Shown piece by piece: positions 1-7,747 of a stretch of 20,000 bases of DNA. Each line of letters opens with the position of its first letter. Position 1 is the first letter of the stretch. This stretch comes from an uncultured virus (IMG/VR IMGVR_UViG_3300013815_000001). Its lineage: Duplodnaviria; Heunggongvirae; Uroviricota; Caudoviricetes. Under the pieces are notes generated by a model. The model searched no databases, was not told the DNA's origin, and saw only the letters and a list, made by a program, of their open reading frames with translations. Where the stretch lies: IMG/VR virus record IMGVR_UViG_3300013815_000001; one strand, written 5' to 3'. The position numbers and the translations under genes are program-made.

Positions 1-123
1 GCGTTATTAATTGAATTGGTCAGGGCAGAGAGAGTGCCGGTTTGCAGCGCTGGAAATATTTCTTCTCTTTTAGATATTTATGATCAAGCTGTTCAACATT
101 TTAAAAAAGAAGAGTCGCAGTAA
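1..123 (+). CDS. 3' end of small phage hypothetical protein (partial)
   Basis: Frame 1 reads ALLIELVRAERVPVCSAGNISSLLDIYDQAVQHFKKEESQ*; resembles a small protein I recall near HNH/terminase genes of enterobacterial prophages. Confidence 0.6.
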   Translation, partial: ALLIELVRAERVPVCSAGNISSLLDIYDQAVQHFKKEESQ

Positions 124-259
124 AACAGTATCTTTATTGAATTTTACGAGCGGAACAGCGATAAACGATGCGCTTTCCGCTCTTATTTTCAGCACGTTTG
201 ATTTTTTGTATTTCTATTCAACCGACTTTCAAAGGCTTCATCCCCATACTTTTATGGCA

Positions 260-1717
260 TCATTTATGTTTCCACCAGGCACACTCCCTACCGACGCCTT
301 CGCTTTTGAATACCGTATGAACGAGCGGGCCAGTTACTACCCGATCGCCAAATGACCTGGCCACAATGCCGAACGCCAGCATGTCGCCCACTGCAGCGCC
401 AGCCTGCTCTTTCTTCCAGAAGCGATAACTCTCGATGCGGTAATAAAGGCGAATGATGCCATGCGCGAACGCCATTACATCAGCGCGAGTGCCGCCCAGC
501 AGCCCAGCGTTAATCATCACATCGTTACGGTGTGCTTCAATGAACTCCTGATAGATGCGCTCCGGATGATTCTGCTTTGCCCATGCGTCAGCGTATGTTT
601 TAGGTTCGGAACCGACATAAACCTTACCGGGTTGCATTTCTCCCCACGGTGCGCGAAGCATCTCGACATCGGTACCATCCGTACACCAGACGAAACGATA
701 CTCAGGGTGATCTCTGAGATGCTGCCAGATATGCAGCCAGCGCCGGAAGTAGATATTCATCTTCACGTCAGGAACACGGCACAGATCAACGTCTGCCGGG
801 GCGGTCAGCAATTCATCCACCAGCGCGATACGTCCGCACTCCCGAAGCGAGGCTGCCCATTTGACCAGCATGTCAGGCGAGGCAGCCATTTTGGTGCCAC
901 GCTGTGGATCTGGCTGACTGGTAAGCAGAGTGGTGATTACCACGTCCAGCTGCTTCCGGTACTCAGCGTAACCGGTAAACCCGGCATCACGTCGTTCGTT
1001 GTGGATCTTTACGTTGCGTTCCACCAGCGCCTGTCTGTCGGGCTTCGGTACCGAACGTTCCACCGCTTCATGCTCATCAAGGGAGTGAATCAGCTTTTCT
1101 GAGCCAACAATATCGGCATATGCCCATGTGGTCAGTCCGGCGTTATGAATGCGAAGGGCTAAATCGCTGTGCTCGTACATTCCGCGCCCGTAAATCGGGT
1201 CGAACCCGCCAACCTTTTCAATAGCGCTGCGGTGGTAGTAGAGCATGACGCCACGCTGGCCGGTGTAGGCGATGTGTTTATCGTCTCGATACAGGACGGA
1301 AAGGTCATTGAGCTTGCGTGGTCCAGCTAAATCGAGAAACTGATAAGCCAGATGCGGCTCGGGTGAATTGATGTAAGGCAGATGCCAGTTGTCCGCGGTC
1401 GGCCAGGCATCATCGTCCCACAGGAAAAGATGTTCACAGCCAGCATCCATCAGCGCTTCAAGACTGGCGTTCTTTGATGCCACGATACCTAGTGAGGCTT
1501 CCTGCCGGATTAACCGGATGCCATCGGGTACTGCGACAGCAGGATTAGAACCATCATCTATCACCACCACCAGCGCGCCAGCAGGCAGATGATATATGTG
1601 CTGCTCAATGGCCTGCTTCAGAACATCTGGGCGATTATGGGTGCTAATCGCAATGCCGATTCTCGACGGCTGCTGGTCGGCGGGTACATATTGAACACTG
1701 TCAATAGTGACCTGCAT
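260..1717 (-). CDS. Two-domain glycosyltransferase (N-terminal GT2/GT-A plus a second GT-A-like domain)
   Basis: IGIAISTHNRP, VVVIDDGS, LFLWDDD, VGGFD..EHSDL GT2 motifs; C-terminal VWCTDGTDV and INAGLLGG. Confidence 0.9.
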   Translation of the reverse strand: MQVTIDSVQYVPADQQPSRIGIAISTHNRPDVLKQAIEQHIYHLPAGALVVVIDDGSNPAVAVPDGIRLIRQEASLGIVASKNASLEALMDAGCEHLFLWDDDAWPTADNWHLPYINSPEPHLAYQFLDLAGPRKLNDLSVLYRDDKHIAYTGQRGVMLYYHRSAIEKVGGFDPIYGRGMYEHSDLALRIHNAGLTTWAYADIVGSEKLIHSLDEHEAVERSVPKPDRQALVERNVKIHNERRDAGFTGYAEYRKQLDVVITTLLTSQPDPQRGTKMAASPDMLVKWAASLRECGRIALVDELLTAPADVDLCRVPDVKMNIYFRRWLHIWQHLRDHPEYRFVWCTDGTDVEMLRAPWGEMQPGKVYVGSEPKTYADAWAKQNHPERIYQEFIEAHRNDVMINAGLLGGTRADVMAFAHGIIRLYYRIESYRFWKKEQAGAAVGDMLAFGIVARSFGDRVVTGPLVHTVFKSEGVGRECAWWKHK

Positions 1718-1828
1718 AACTCGTTCCTATTTGATATTAATCTGTCGCACGGGGAAAGCCTCCCGAGATAAATCAGGGTTCCCCAAACTCACGACTTAAA
1801 GACTTTCTGACGTGCTGGCTAGATGCAT

Positions 1829-1860
1829 AAAAAAAGCCACCAGCGATTGCCAGTGGCTTT
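1829..1860 (-). terminator. Intrinsic terminator after the 62-aa gene
   Basis: AAAGCCAC...GTGGCTTT stem with A7 run (U-tract on minus strand). Confidence 0.65.
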
Positions 1861-1877
1861 ATGAGTACTTATTAGGC

Positions 1878-2066
1878 TTAAACTCGATTGAACGCTGTTA
1901 ACATAATATTTTCCACTGGAACACCTAATGATTTTGCCGCCTCTATAACATATTGCGCAGCAATTTCTTTGGCCGATCTACCGCTGGAATCGGTGAAGAT
2001 GTTCCAGCCGCTAGTCCTTGTTCCATTACGCTCTAATTCAAAGGCTACAAACCATTCTTGCATCAT
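1878..2066 (-). CDS. Small hypothetical protein (moron-like)
   Basis: 62-aa ORF, AAGGAG RBS, AT-rich, followed by a terminator. Confidence 0.7.
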   Translation of the reverse strand: MMQEWFVAFELERNGTRTSGWNIFTDSSGRSAKEIAAQYVIEAAKSLGVPVENIMLTAFNRV

Positions 2067-2210
2067 GAGCTCCTTGTGCCCAAAGAGAAGTTATACCCTA
2101 GCCCTAGGATAAATCTTAGGGAAAATAAATTTGTAGGCCTATGTCACAGTGTGACGAACTGTTATCCCTTGTCGGAGGATTCAACAAAAAACCGCCCAGA
2201 GGTGGCATTG

Positions 2211-2402
2211 TTATACAGGTTGTACCGAAGTAATGGTGAACCTGCTTATGTCGATATTTCGGGCGTCAGCCATGCTTTCACAAAACTCTGCGAACCTATT
2301 CATCAAATGATCGTTGGGTTCTATTGAAAAGAAATGGTAGCCCTTTTCTATCAACTTCCACTCTTCAGAATAAACTTCCCACACAACAAAATATTCTTTC
2401 AT
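2211..2402 (-). CDS. Small hypothetical protein, probable distant paralog of 1878..2066
   Basis: 63-aa ORF with GGGAG RBS; similar residue pattern to the neighbouring ORF. Confidence 0.7.
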   Translation of the reverse strand: MKEYFVVWEVYSEEWKLIEKGYHFFSIEPNDHLMNRFAEFCESMADARNIDISRFTITSVQPV

Positions 2403-2529
2403 TTCATCTCCCTGTTAGTTGAGAGAACGAAGATATGATGTTCATAAGGCACTTACAACTCCATCATCAGGCGCACTCGAAAATGCGCCTTGTGATGAAA
2501 GCCGTTGTGAAAGAGGCTCTCACCTCTTC

Positions 2530-3231
2530 TTAGGCTGCCTGGTCATTGAGATCGTGACCTGCCAGCAATGCAGCTACCCACTGAATGCCTCGCGGAGTGA
2601 ACTTGGCCTGAGTGAATGCATGCCCATTGTTCTGGTTCTCTCCGGTTTTCATCGTGAAACGGCCGGCATCGAGATGTTGAGCATAGGGTGTCAGTTTTCC
2701 GGCCAGCCGATACATGATGCCCTGCTCAATCAGGAACAACCGAAAGTCCGTTTCTTTCACCTTCAGCAGTTTTGCTGCTTCACGGAACCCCATCGCGCAG
2801 GTTGCCTCGACGTAGTTATCAACGAATTCGACTTTAGGCGCGGCAATAGCTAGCTTGTTTTCAAGCTCCGCTTTCTGCTCTGCAAGGTCTGCCGCCAGGC
2901 GCAACGCTTCCGGCAGGCTCTGCGGTATTCTCACTGGCTGACTAAGTTGGGTTTCAAGCTCCTGCCAGCGATCAACCAGGCGGGCGGTAAACTCAGGAGA
3001 AAGCTGAGCAACGACAATAATACTGTCACGCTTACCCTGCTCACCTTCAAACACATAAACACTCACTGAGCGGCCCGCCGTGGGCTTTTCCTCAATTTGA
3101 GGAGAAGCAATCGTGCCACGCTCAATAAGGCTTTCTATAGTGCGCTTAACGTTATCGTGCCGCTTTTCTACCAGATCAGCGATTTCAATGCTGGTCATTA
3201 CTAACGGATGGTCATTTACTGGATATTGCAT
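2530..3231 (-). CDS. Rha-family regulator with C-terminal antirepressor (ANT/KilAC) domain
   Basis: MTSIEIADLVEKRHDNVKRTIE (Rha N-terminus); PQSLPEALRLAADL..APKVEFVD..FTPRGIQW (ANT). Confidence 0.9.
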   Translation of the reverse strand: MQYPVNDHPLVMTSIEIADLVEKRHDNVKRTIESLIERGTIASPQIEEKPTAGRSVSVYVFEGEQGKRDSIIVVAQLSPEFTARLVDRWQELETQLSQPVRIPQSLPEALRLAADLAEQKAELENKLAIAAPKVEFVDNYVEATCAMGFREAAKLLKVKETDFRLFLIEQGIMYRLAGKLTPYAQHLDAGRFTMKTGENQNNGHAFTQAKFTPRGIQWVAALLAGHDLNDQAA

Positions 3232-3364
3232 AGGTTGGTGCTCCTATAGAGAAACAAGCCTGTCGCACAGATTAAGCCGTCCCCTAAGACGCACCATTTA
3301 CGGATAATCTCAGGCTTGCTTGTCTGTAGGCTTAGGGATTGATGTTTGCGCGTGCGAAGCGCAT

Positions 3365-3388
3365 AAAAAAGCCCCGCATAAGCGAGGC
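3365..3388 (-). terminator. Probable intrinsic terminator
   Basis: Minus strand GGCCTCGC-TTAT-GCGGGGCT followed by a T run. Confidence 0.5.
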
Positions 3389-3881
3389 CGATATTGCTTG
3401 GTTGCTAATGGTGAATCTTCTTGGGGGTTGTCCTGGTCTCAGGTGTATCACTTCACCACTGAATGGCCATTCGTTATGCCCACAGAAGGAATGGCATCAT
3501 CAGGCTCACTAGTTTGAAATCTTTGTGGCGCTATTGGTTAACTCTGCCTGGAAAGACAGGATAGATAGAGGCAATAAGACGATTGCTCTGCGTGTACGTG
3601 TACAAAGCAGAATTTTATGTATAAGTATATCTGGATAATTCTTATAAAATAGGCCGCCGCTTGATATACAGGCTATATAGACCAGGATTAGTTCCATCTT
3701 GTTGATGGAGTGGCTCCTAAAAACAAGCACCGTGAAATATCAGGGACGAAAAACAAAAAGACAGGAACGTCGTATAAATATCCAAGATAAAAGCACCAGG
3801 GAAACCGAATCAACGCTGCGTTATAGATAATAATAAAAGAAGTATCGATCCTGTCGTCGCCCCAGCCATGGGGCTTTTTTT

Positions 3882-4346
3882 TTACCTCAAGCACTGCTCC
3901 CGAACATACGCCTGCAATCCGCTCAACTGCCTGGTCACGGTCTCGATCCGCTCCCTGAGGGTGAAATAATCCCGTTCAGCGGCGTCAGTAAGTCGGGGGC
4001 CGGTGCCATCATCCACGCGGGTGGTGCCGGGCGCTCCGTTCGCTGTGCAGGTTGCGTTGAGCTGCAACCGACGTTTGCCAGTAGCAACATCGCGCTCAAG
4101 CTGATTAATAGTGCTCTGCGCATCGGCAAGTTCCTGTGTGTATTTCGCATCGAGCGCTGCAACGTCGCGCTGGCGAGTCTGCATGTCGGTGATGGCGTCT
4201 TTAGCCAGATTTAATTCACGATTAACTTTGGTTAAAGATGCCTCTGCTTTTGTGAGCGAGGCCCGGTAATAAAGCGCAAATCCCACAGCGGCCAGGAAGA
4301 GTAGCGGCTTCCACCATGCCCGCACAAAGCCCCATAGCGCCGCCAT
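3882..4346 (-). CDS. Rz: Rz-like inner-membrane spanin
   Basis: N-terminal TM, then QRDVAALDAKYTQELADA..RLTDAAERDYFTLRERI..YVREQC typical of lambda Rz. Confidence 0.92.
   Translation of the reverse strand: MAALWGFVRAWWKPLLFLAAVGFALYYRASLTKAEASLTKVNRELNLAKDAITDMQTRQRDVAALDAKYTQELADAQSTINQLERDVATGKRRLQLNATCTANGAPGTTRVDDGTGPRLTDAAERDYFTLRERIETVTRQLSGLQAYVREQCLR
3935..4123 (-). CDS. Rz1: Rz1-like outer-membrane spanin lipoprotein embedded in Rz
   Basis: MRRALLISLSAMLLLANVGC lipobox; Pro-rich PAPPAWMMAPAPDLLTPLNGIISPS; nested in Rz in another frame. Confidence 0.85.
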   Translation of the reverse strand: MRRALLISLSAMLLLANVGCSSTQPAQRTERPAPPAWMMAPAPDLLTPLNGIISPSGSGSRP

Positions 4347-4969
4347 CAGAGCACCCGGCGCGCTGCCGCATAGCGGGCCCGTCTGTCTTCCAGACCGTTC
4401 TGCCCACCGTTAATAATCTGCGTGACGCGCAGCAAATCGCCCGGATATTTCAGACAGCCTTTGCTGGTATAGAACCATGCCGCAGAGCGCGCAGCGCTGG
4501 CCTCTTCGGAAAGCAGTTCCGGCGAGCTCACAAGGTCGAGTTTCAGCGCGGCGCCGCAGTCGTGGTAATTCTCGAGCCCGGTGATCTGGATGAGCCCTCG
4601 TCCGCGATATTTCCAGCCATCACCCGGGGCGTTATTACCGAGGCGCTTGCTGTAAACCAGATTGGCGATCGCGCGCTGGCGTTCAAGGGGCAGCACCTTT
4701 TCATACGTGCGGCGGCCCAGCGTGTTGGCCTGATCCTGAGTTAACCGGCCAGCCCGGACAAAACCATTAAGCGCTGCGATGCTGTAGTTGAAGCTCTCTT
4801 CCAGCCTGGTAAAGCCGGTGCTTTCATGGCCGACCTGCGCGATGAACATTGCCTGGTCGACCGGCGCGGTGATGCCGTACTCGCACATCGCCGCATCAAT
4901 ATGCGGAAACCAGCGCGCAGCCAAGCTGGCGCTTAAACCAGCCGCCTGCTGAAATTGTTGTTGGTTCAT
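4346..4969 (-). CDS. Glycoside hydrolase family 19 endolysin
   Basis: [38 protein letters not shown]; start MNQQQF overlaps upstream stop (ATGA). Confidence 0.92.
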   Translation of the reverse strand: MNQQQFQQAAGLSASLAARWFPHIDAAMCEYGITAPVDQAMFIAQVGHESTGFTRLEESFNYSIAALNGFVRAGRLTQDQANTLGRRTYEKVLPLERQRAIANLVYSKRLGNNAPGDGWKYRGRGLIQITGLENYHDCGAALKLDLVSSPELLSEEASAARSAAWFYTSKGCLKYPGDLLRVTQIINGGQNGLEDRRARYAAARRVL

Positions 4970-5250
4970 TCGGGCCTCAGTACCTGAAACAGGCGCGCCA
5001 CGTTGCCCCGGGCACGGAACACGGCGGCGCAGATGATTAAGTTGATGATGACCGACGCCCAGTGTGTATGGACGTAAAAGTCGAAGGCGTAGCGGAACGG
5101 CACAGAGGCATACGCCAGGATAATCAGGTATGCCAGCCACGATGCCCACCAGCGATGCCGGGCTCCGGGTTTACGGAACAGCATCAGCCTCAACACAATG
5201 GCCGAGCACGTCGCCACGTTGGTCAGTACCAGCGGATCACTTATTACCAT
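4966..5250 (-). CDS. Phage holin-family protein (DUF754-like, 3 TM)
   Basis: Three hydrophobic segments and C-terminal RARGNVARL; lies between holin and endolysin. Confidence 0.8.
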   Translation of the reverse strand: MVISDPLVLTNVATCSAIVLRLMLFRKPGARHRWWASWLAYLIILAYASVPFRYAFDFYVHTHWASVIINLIICAAVFRARGNVARLFQVLRPE

Positions 5251-5617
5251 TGGCTCCCCCTCTCCACCGCTGGAACCACTGCGCAGGGTCTTGCTGGCTG
5301 GCGAACGTCAGGATTTTAATCGTCAGCGCAGAGAGGATAACGGCCCCCAGTGCATCAAGCGGCTTGTCGCTGTATTCCGTCCAGCTGGCAAGCTTGGAGC
5401 CCACCAGCCCGGCGCCGTAAACGCCAGCGATGTACGAAACAACAAAATAGGCTGCGCGCCGGATCAGAGTCAGATCTGCCGCGGTGGCAACATAAAAGAC
5501 AGCACCGGCAAACGCGCCAAAAATTACGCCGTAATCTGTGCCGGTCAGCAGCCCGTAGATGCTCGCACCAGTAAGCGCAGCACCTGCCGCGACAGTTCCC
5601 GAAACCGGATCGGACAT
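5237..5617 (-). CDS. Putative phage holin
   Basis: MSDPVSGT..GTDYGVIFGAFAGAVFYV, multiple TMs, first lysis gene, GGGGG RBS. Confidence 0.85.
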   Translation of the reverse strand: MSDPVSGTVAAGAALTGASIYGLLTGTDYGVIFGAFAGAVFYVATAADLTLIRRAAYFVVSYIAGVYGAGLVGSKLASWTEYSDKPLDALGAVILSALTIKILTFASQQDPAQWFQRWRGGANGNK

Positions 5618-5664
5618 GTATCCCCCCTCTATTGCTGTGCATCCTCTCTGAGCGAGGGGAAATG

Positions 5665-5688
5665 AAAAAGGCCGCCCGGAGGCAGCCT
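5665..5688 (-). terminator. Intrinsic terminator between the 89-aa cargo gene and the holin
   Basis: AGGCTGCC-TCCG-GGCGGCCT-TTTT on the minus strand. Confidence 0.7.
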
Positions 5689-5710
5689 GTTTGAGTTTTG
5701 CTTTATTAGT

Positions 5711-5980
5711 TCAGTGAAGGTTCAGGACAGAGATCGGGTAACGGAATTCTTTCCGTTTATTATCCACACATACGACACGAACATGCCGGTTGCATATGAA
5801 CCACGTTTCATCCCGATCATTAGCCAGTATGTAATATGCATCTGACGTTTCAGATGGATTAAAACAACCCAGCACCCGATAAGCCGTTTCCATATTAAAT
5901 CCGCTCTTTAACGGCATCGGTGTGGGGCCGTTAGCAAGCTCCTGAATCCTGATATAGAGACCTTGTTCAATCCACAGCAT
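5711..5980 (-). CDS. Hypothetical cargo protein (89 aa)
   Basis: AAGGA RBS, globular-looking composition, own downstream terminator. Confidence 0.75.
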   Translation of the reverse strand: MLWIEQGLYIRIQELANGPTPMPLKSGFNMETAYRVLGCFNPSETSDAYYILANDRDETWFICNRHVRVVCVDNKRKEFRYPISVLNLH

Positions 5981-6088
5981 AGAAATCCTTGTATAGCGGG
6001 TACCTTTACAGCGTAGGTACCTGTGTACAGGTTTTCCATGTCTCCGCAGGAAATTTTTACCTGTTAAAGGTGTCCACAGGTGACATTG

Positions 6089-6168
6089 AAAACGCTCTAA
6101 TGTATGGGGCTCTGAACTGTGGATATACTACCGCCATCGTTAGAAAAGCCTCGCCATTTTTGGATCTT
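6089..6168 (-). repeat. Degenerate copy of the pR'/tR' region
   Basis: 6112-6147 matches 7651-7686 at 29/36 ungapped positions, including CCATCGTTAGAAAA. Confidence 0.8.
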
Positions 6169-6344
6169 CCCCTCCCCATTGCTGGCACTGCTGCATTGGT
6201 ACCTGCAGCCCGGCGAACGTCAGGATTTCACCGTCAGCGCAGAGAGGATAACGGCCCCAGTGCATCAAGCGGTTTGTCGCAGTATTCCGTCCAAGTGACT
6301 AGCCTGGAACCCACCTACCGTGACAGCTCCCGAAGCCAATTCAT
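6167..6344 (-). pseudogene. Decayed, internally deleted copy of the holin gene
   Basis: 6212-6293 near-identical to 5300-5383 with single-base deletions; 6312-6344 resembles the holin 5' end (5581-5617). Confidence 0.88.
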
Positions 6345-6349
6345 ACTTT

Positions 6350-6378
6350 TTGCGAAGCGTAACGACTTTTTCTATTAT
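6350..6378 (+). promoter_or_regulatory. Putative sigma70 promoter of the toxin-immunity pair
   Basis: TTGCGA-17 nt-TATTAT, upstream of GGAG RBS and ATG 6407. Confidence 0.6.
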
Positions 6379-6406
6379 CAACTCAGGGAAACTCCGGAGA
6401 AAGAAC

Positions 6407-7234
6407 ATGAGTGATGGATTACAAATTGTTATGTCGCCAGTTCAAATGGCCGCGGTAATATCAGATAAAACCGTGACTGAAGCCGAAACCATGCAAAACC
6501 GCCTGCTTGGGGGACTTGGTGTGGTAATGGGTACGGTAGAGCTGGTTGGTGCAGCGGTTCTTTGTGCCGCGCCTGAACCTACTACCTTAACTAAGGCTGC
6601 CTGTGTTGTTGTTGGCGCGCATAGTATGGATTCACTACAAGCAGCCATTGACCAGACAATTACAGGACGAGATACCCGTACAGCTGCTTACCAGCTGGCC
6701 GTGCAAACAGCCCGTCAATTTGGTGCGGATGAAGACACTGCGTTAAATATCGGTTTAACTGTTGATATTGCTGTCCCGGCTGCATTCGGTTTGGCACTTG
6801 GCGCTTCCCGGGTTGCCTACGTTCGCGCAGGCAATTTCAGGCTGGCGGAACATGAAGCCGTAAAAGGTATTAAAGCTGGTGGTCATACGATTGCGAAACA
6901 TATTGCTGTTCCTGAGGAAGAGCTACTGGCTCGCCTTGCCAGAACCCCACAAATGCAGTCCACATCGTCTTTTTTTAAGCTGGAACAGGCTGAAAAGGTT
7001 ATCAGCTCGGCGCTTAAAGCTAACCGGCTTAAAATCCTGCATTGGGCGAACCTGTCCAGAAGTGCAGAAAACACTCTGGATATTACATATAAATCAGGTT
7101 CAGCAGTTGGTTACGGTTTCCGCCAAGGAAGTCAGACTAAAGAAACCCTCTATGTAGTACGAATTGTTCTTCTCAAAAAAATGTACAACAACAAGCCTTA
7201 CTACGTCTTAACTGCCTATCCATTCATGGGATAA
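6407..7234 (+). CDS. Polymorphic-toxin-like protein with C-terminal bacterial RNase A-like (CdiA-CT Ykris-type) domain
   Basis: GGHTIAKH..LLARL..YYVLTAYP motif set; hydrophobic N-terminal part with APEPTTLTK. Confidence 0.8.
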   Translation: MSDGLQIVMSPVQMAAVISDKTVTEAETMQNRLLGGLGVVMGTVELVGAAVLCAAPEPTTLTKAACVVVGAHSMDSLQAAIDQTITGRDTRTAAYQLAVQTARQFGADEDTALNIGLTVDIAVPAAFGLALGASRVAYVRAGNFRLAEHEAVKGIKAGGHTIAKHIAVPEEELLARLARTPQMQSTSSFFKLEQAEKVISSALKANRLKILHWANLSRSAENTLDITYKSGSAVGYGFRQGSQTKETLYVVRIVLLKKMYNNKPYYVLTAYPFMG

Positions 7235-7528
7235 ATGATGCACAAAAACTACGAAACACTGAGAAAGCTGATCGTGATTTTTTTCGGTCCGGATTATCAA
7301 ATATTTGGCGAAAATATCGACGAGATTATGGCTTCATATGTTGATACAGAAAACGAATTAGCTATTGGCCATCTCAGACAACAGGCTTCGCAGGCGATTG
7401 CTATACAAAGTGATTACGAGCTTAACAGTATTATGACTGCTCTTGCAGAGAATCAATTCTCGCCAGCATTATGGGGTGAAACATGGCGTTCCTTTTTACA
7501 AAAAATACTGCTTCATCTTCCCGAATAG
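7235..7528 (+). CDS. CdiI-like cognate immunity protein
   Basis: Small acidic ORF abutting the toxin stop; FFGPDYQIFGENIDEIMASY..WRSFLQKI pattern. Confidence 0.78.
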   Translation: MMHKNYETLRKLIVIFFGPDYQIFGENIDEIMASYVDTENELAIGHLRQQASQAIAIQSDYELNSIMTALAENQFSPALWGETWRSFLQKILLHLPE

Positions 7529-7625
7529 GAAGACCTTTTCGGCATAAGTTTTATGCCTTAACAGAATATGTCATGAACCTAACTAACTGGAAACTCTGAC
7601 ATACGGAAAGTGACTATTTGCCAAT

Positions 7626-7650
7626 AAAAAAACCCGCTCATCGGCGGGTT
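7626..7650 (-). terminator. tR' late terminator
   Basis: AACCCGCCGATGAGCGGGTTTTTTT on the minus strand, just downstream of pR'. Confidence 0.85.
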
Positions 7651-7674
7651 CTGAACGGCGGATACACAATGCCC

Positions 7675-7715
7675 ATCGTTAGAAAAATCCTACCCAATTT
7701 TTTTGAATTTAGCAA
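7675..7715 (-). promoter_or_regulatory. Late promoter pR' with AACGAT pause element
   Basis: -35 TTGCTA, 17 nt, -10 TAGGAT, then AACGATGGG as at the lambda pR' start; directly downstream of Q. Confidence 0.85.
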
Positions 7716-7747
7716 GCATCGTGTCGCTAAAATATTTAATCAGGCTT

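Noticed and set aside
3509..3894. ORFs 3509..3730 and 3688..3894 in the AT-rich region after Rz
   Set aside because: No convincing RBS or recognisable motif; may be a decayed moron, but I cannot support a gene call
4970..5149. N-terminal extension of the endolysin ORF
   Set aside because: Overlaps the holin-family gene in another frame; MNQQQF start at 4969 has the typical ATGA coupling
5300..6293. Diversity-generating retroelement template/variable repeat pair
   Set aside because: Differences include indels and are not adenine-specific, and no reverse transcriptase is present in the window
5989..6414. 141-aa plus-strand ORF and the 6320 upstream start of the toxin
   Set aside because: They read through the antisense strand of the pseudo-holin and pseudo-pR'; the RBS and promoter support ATG 6407
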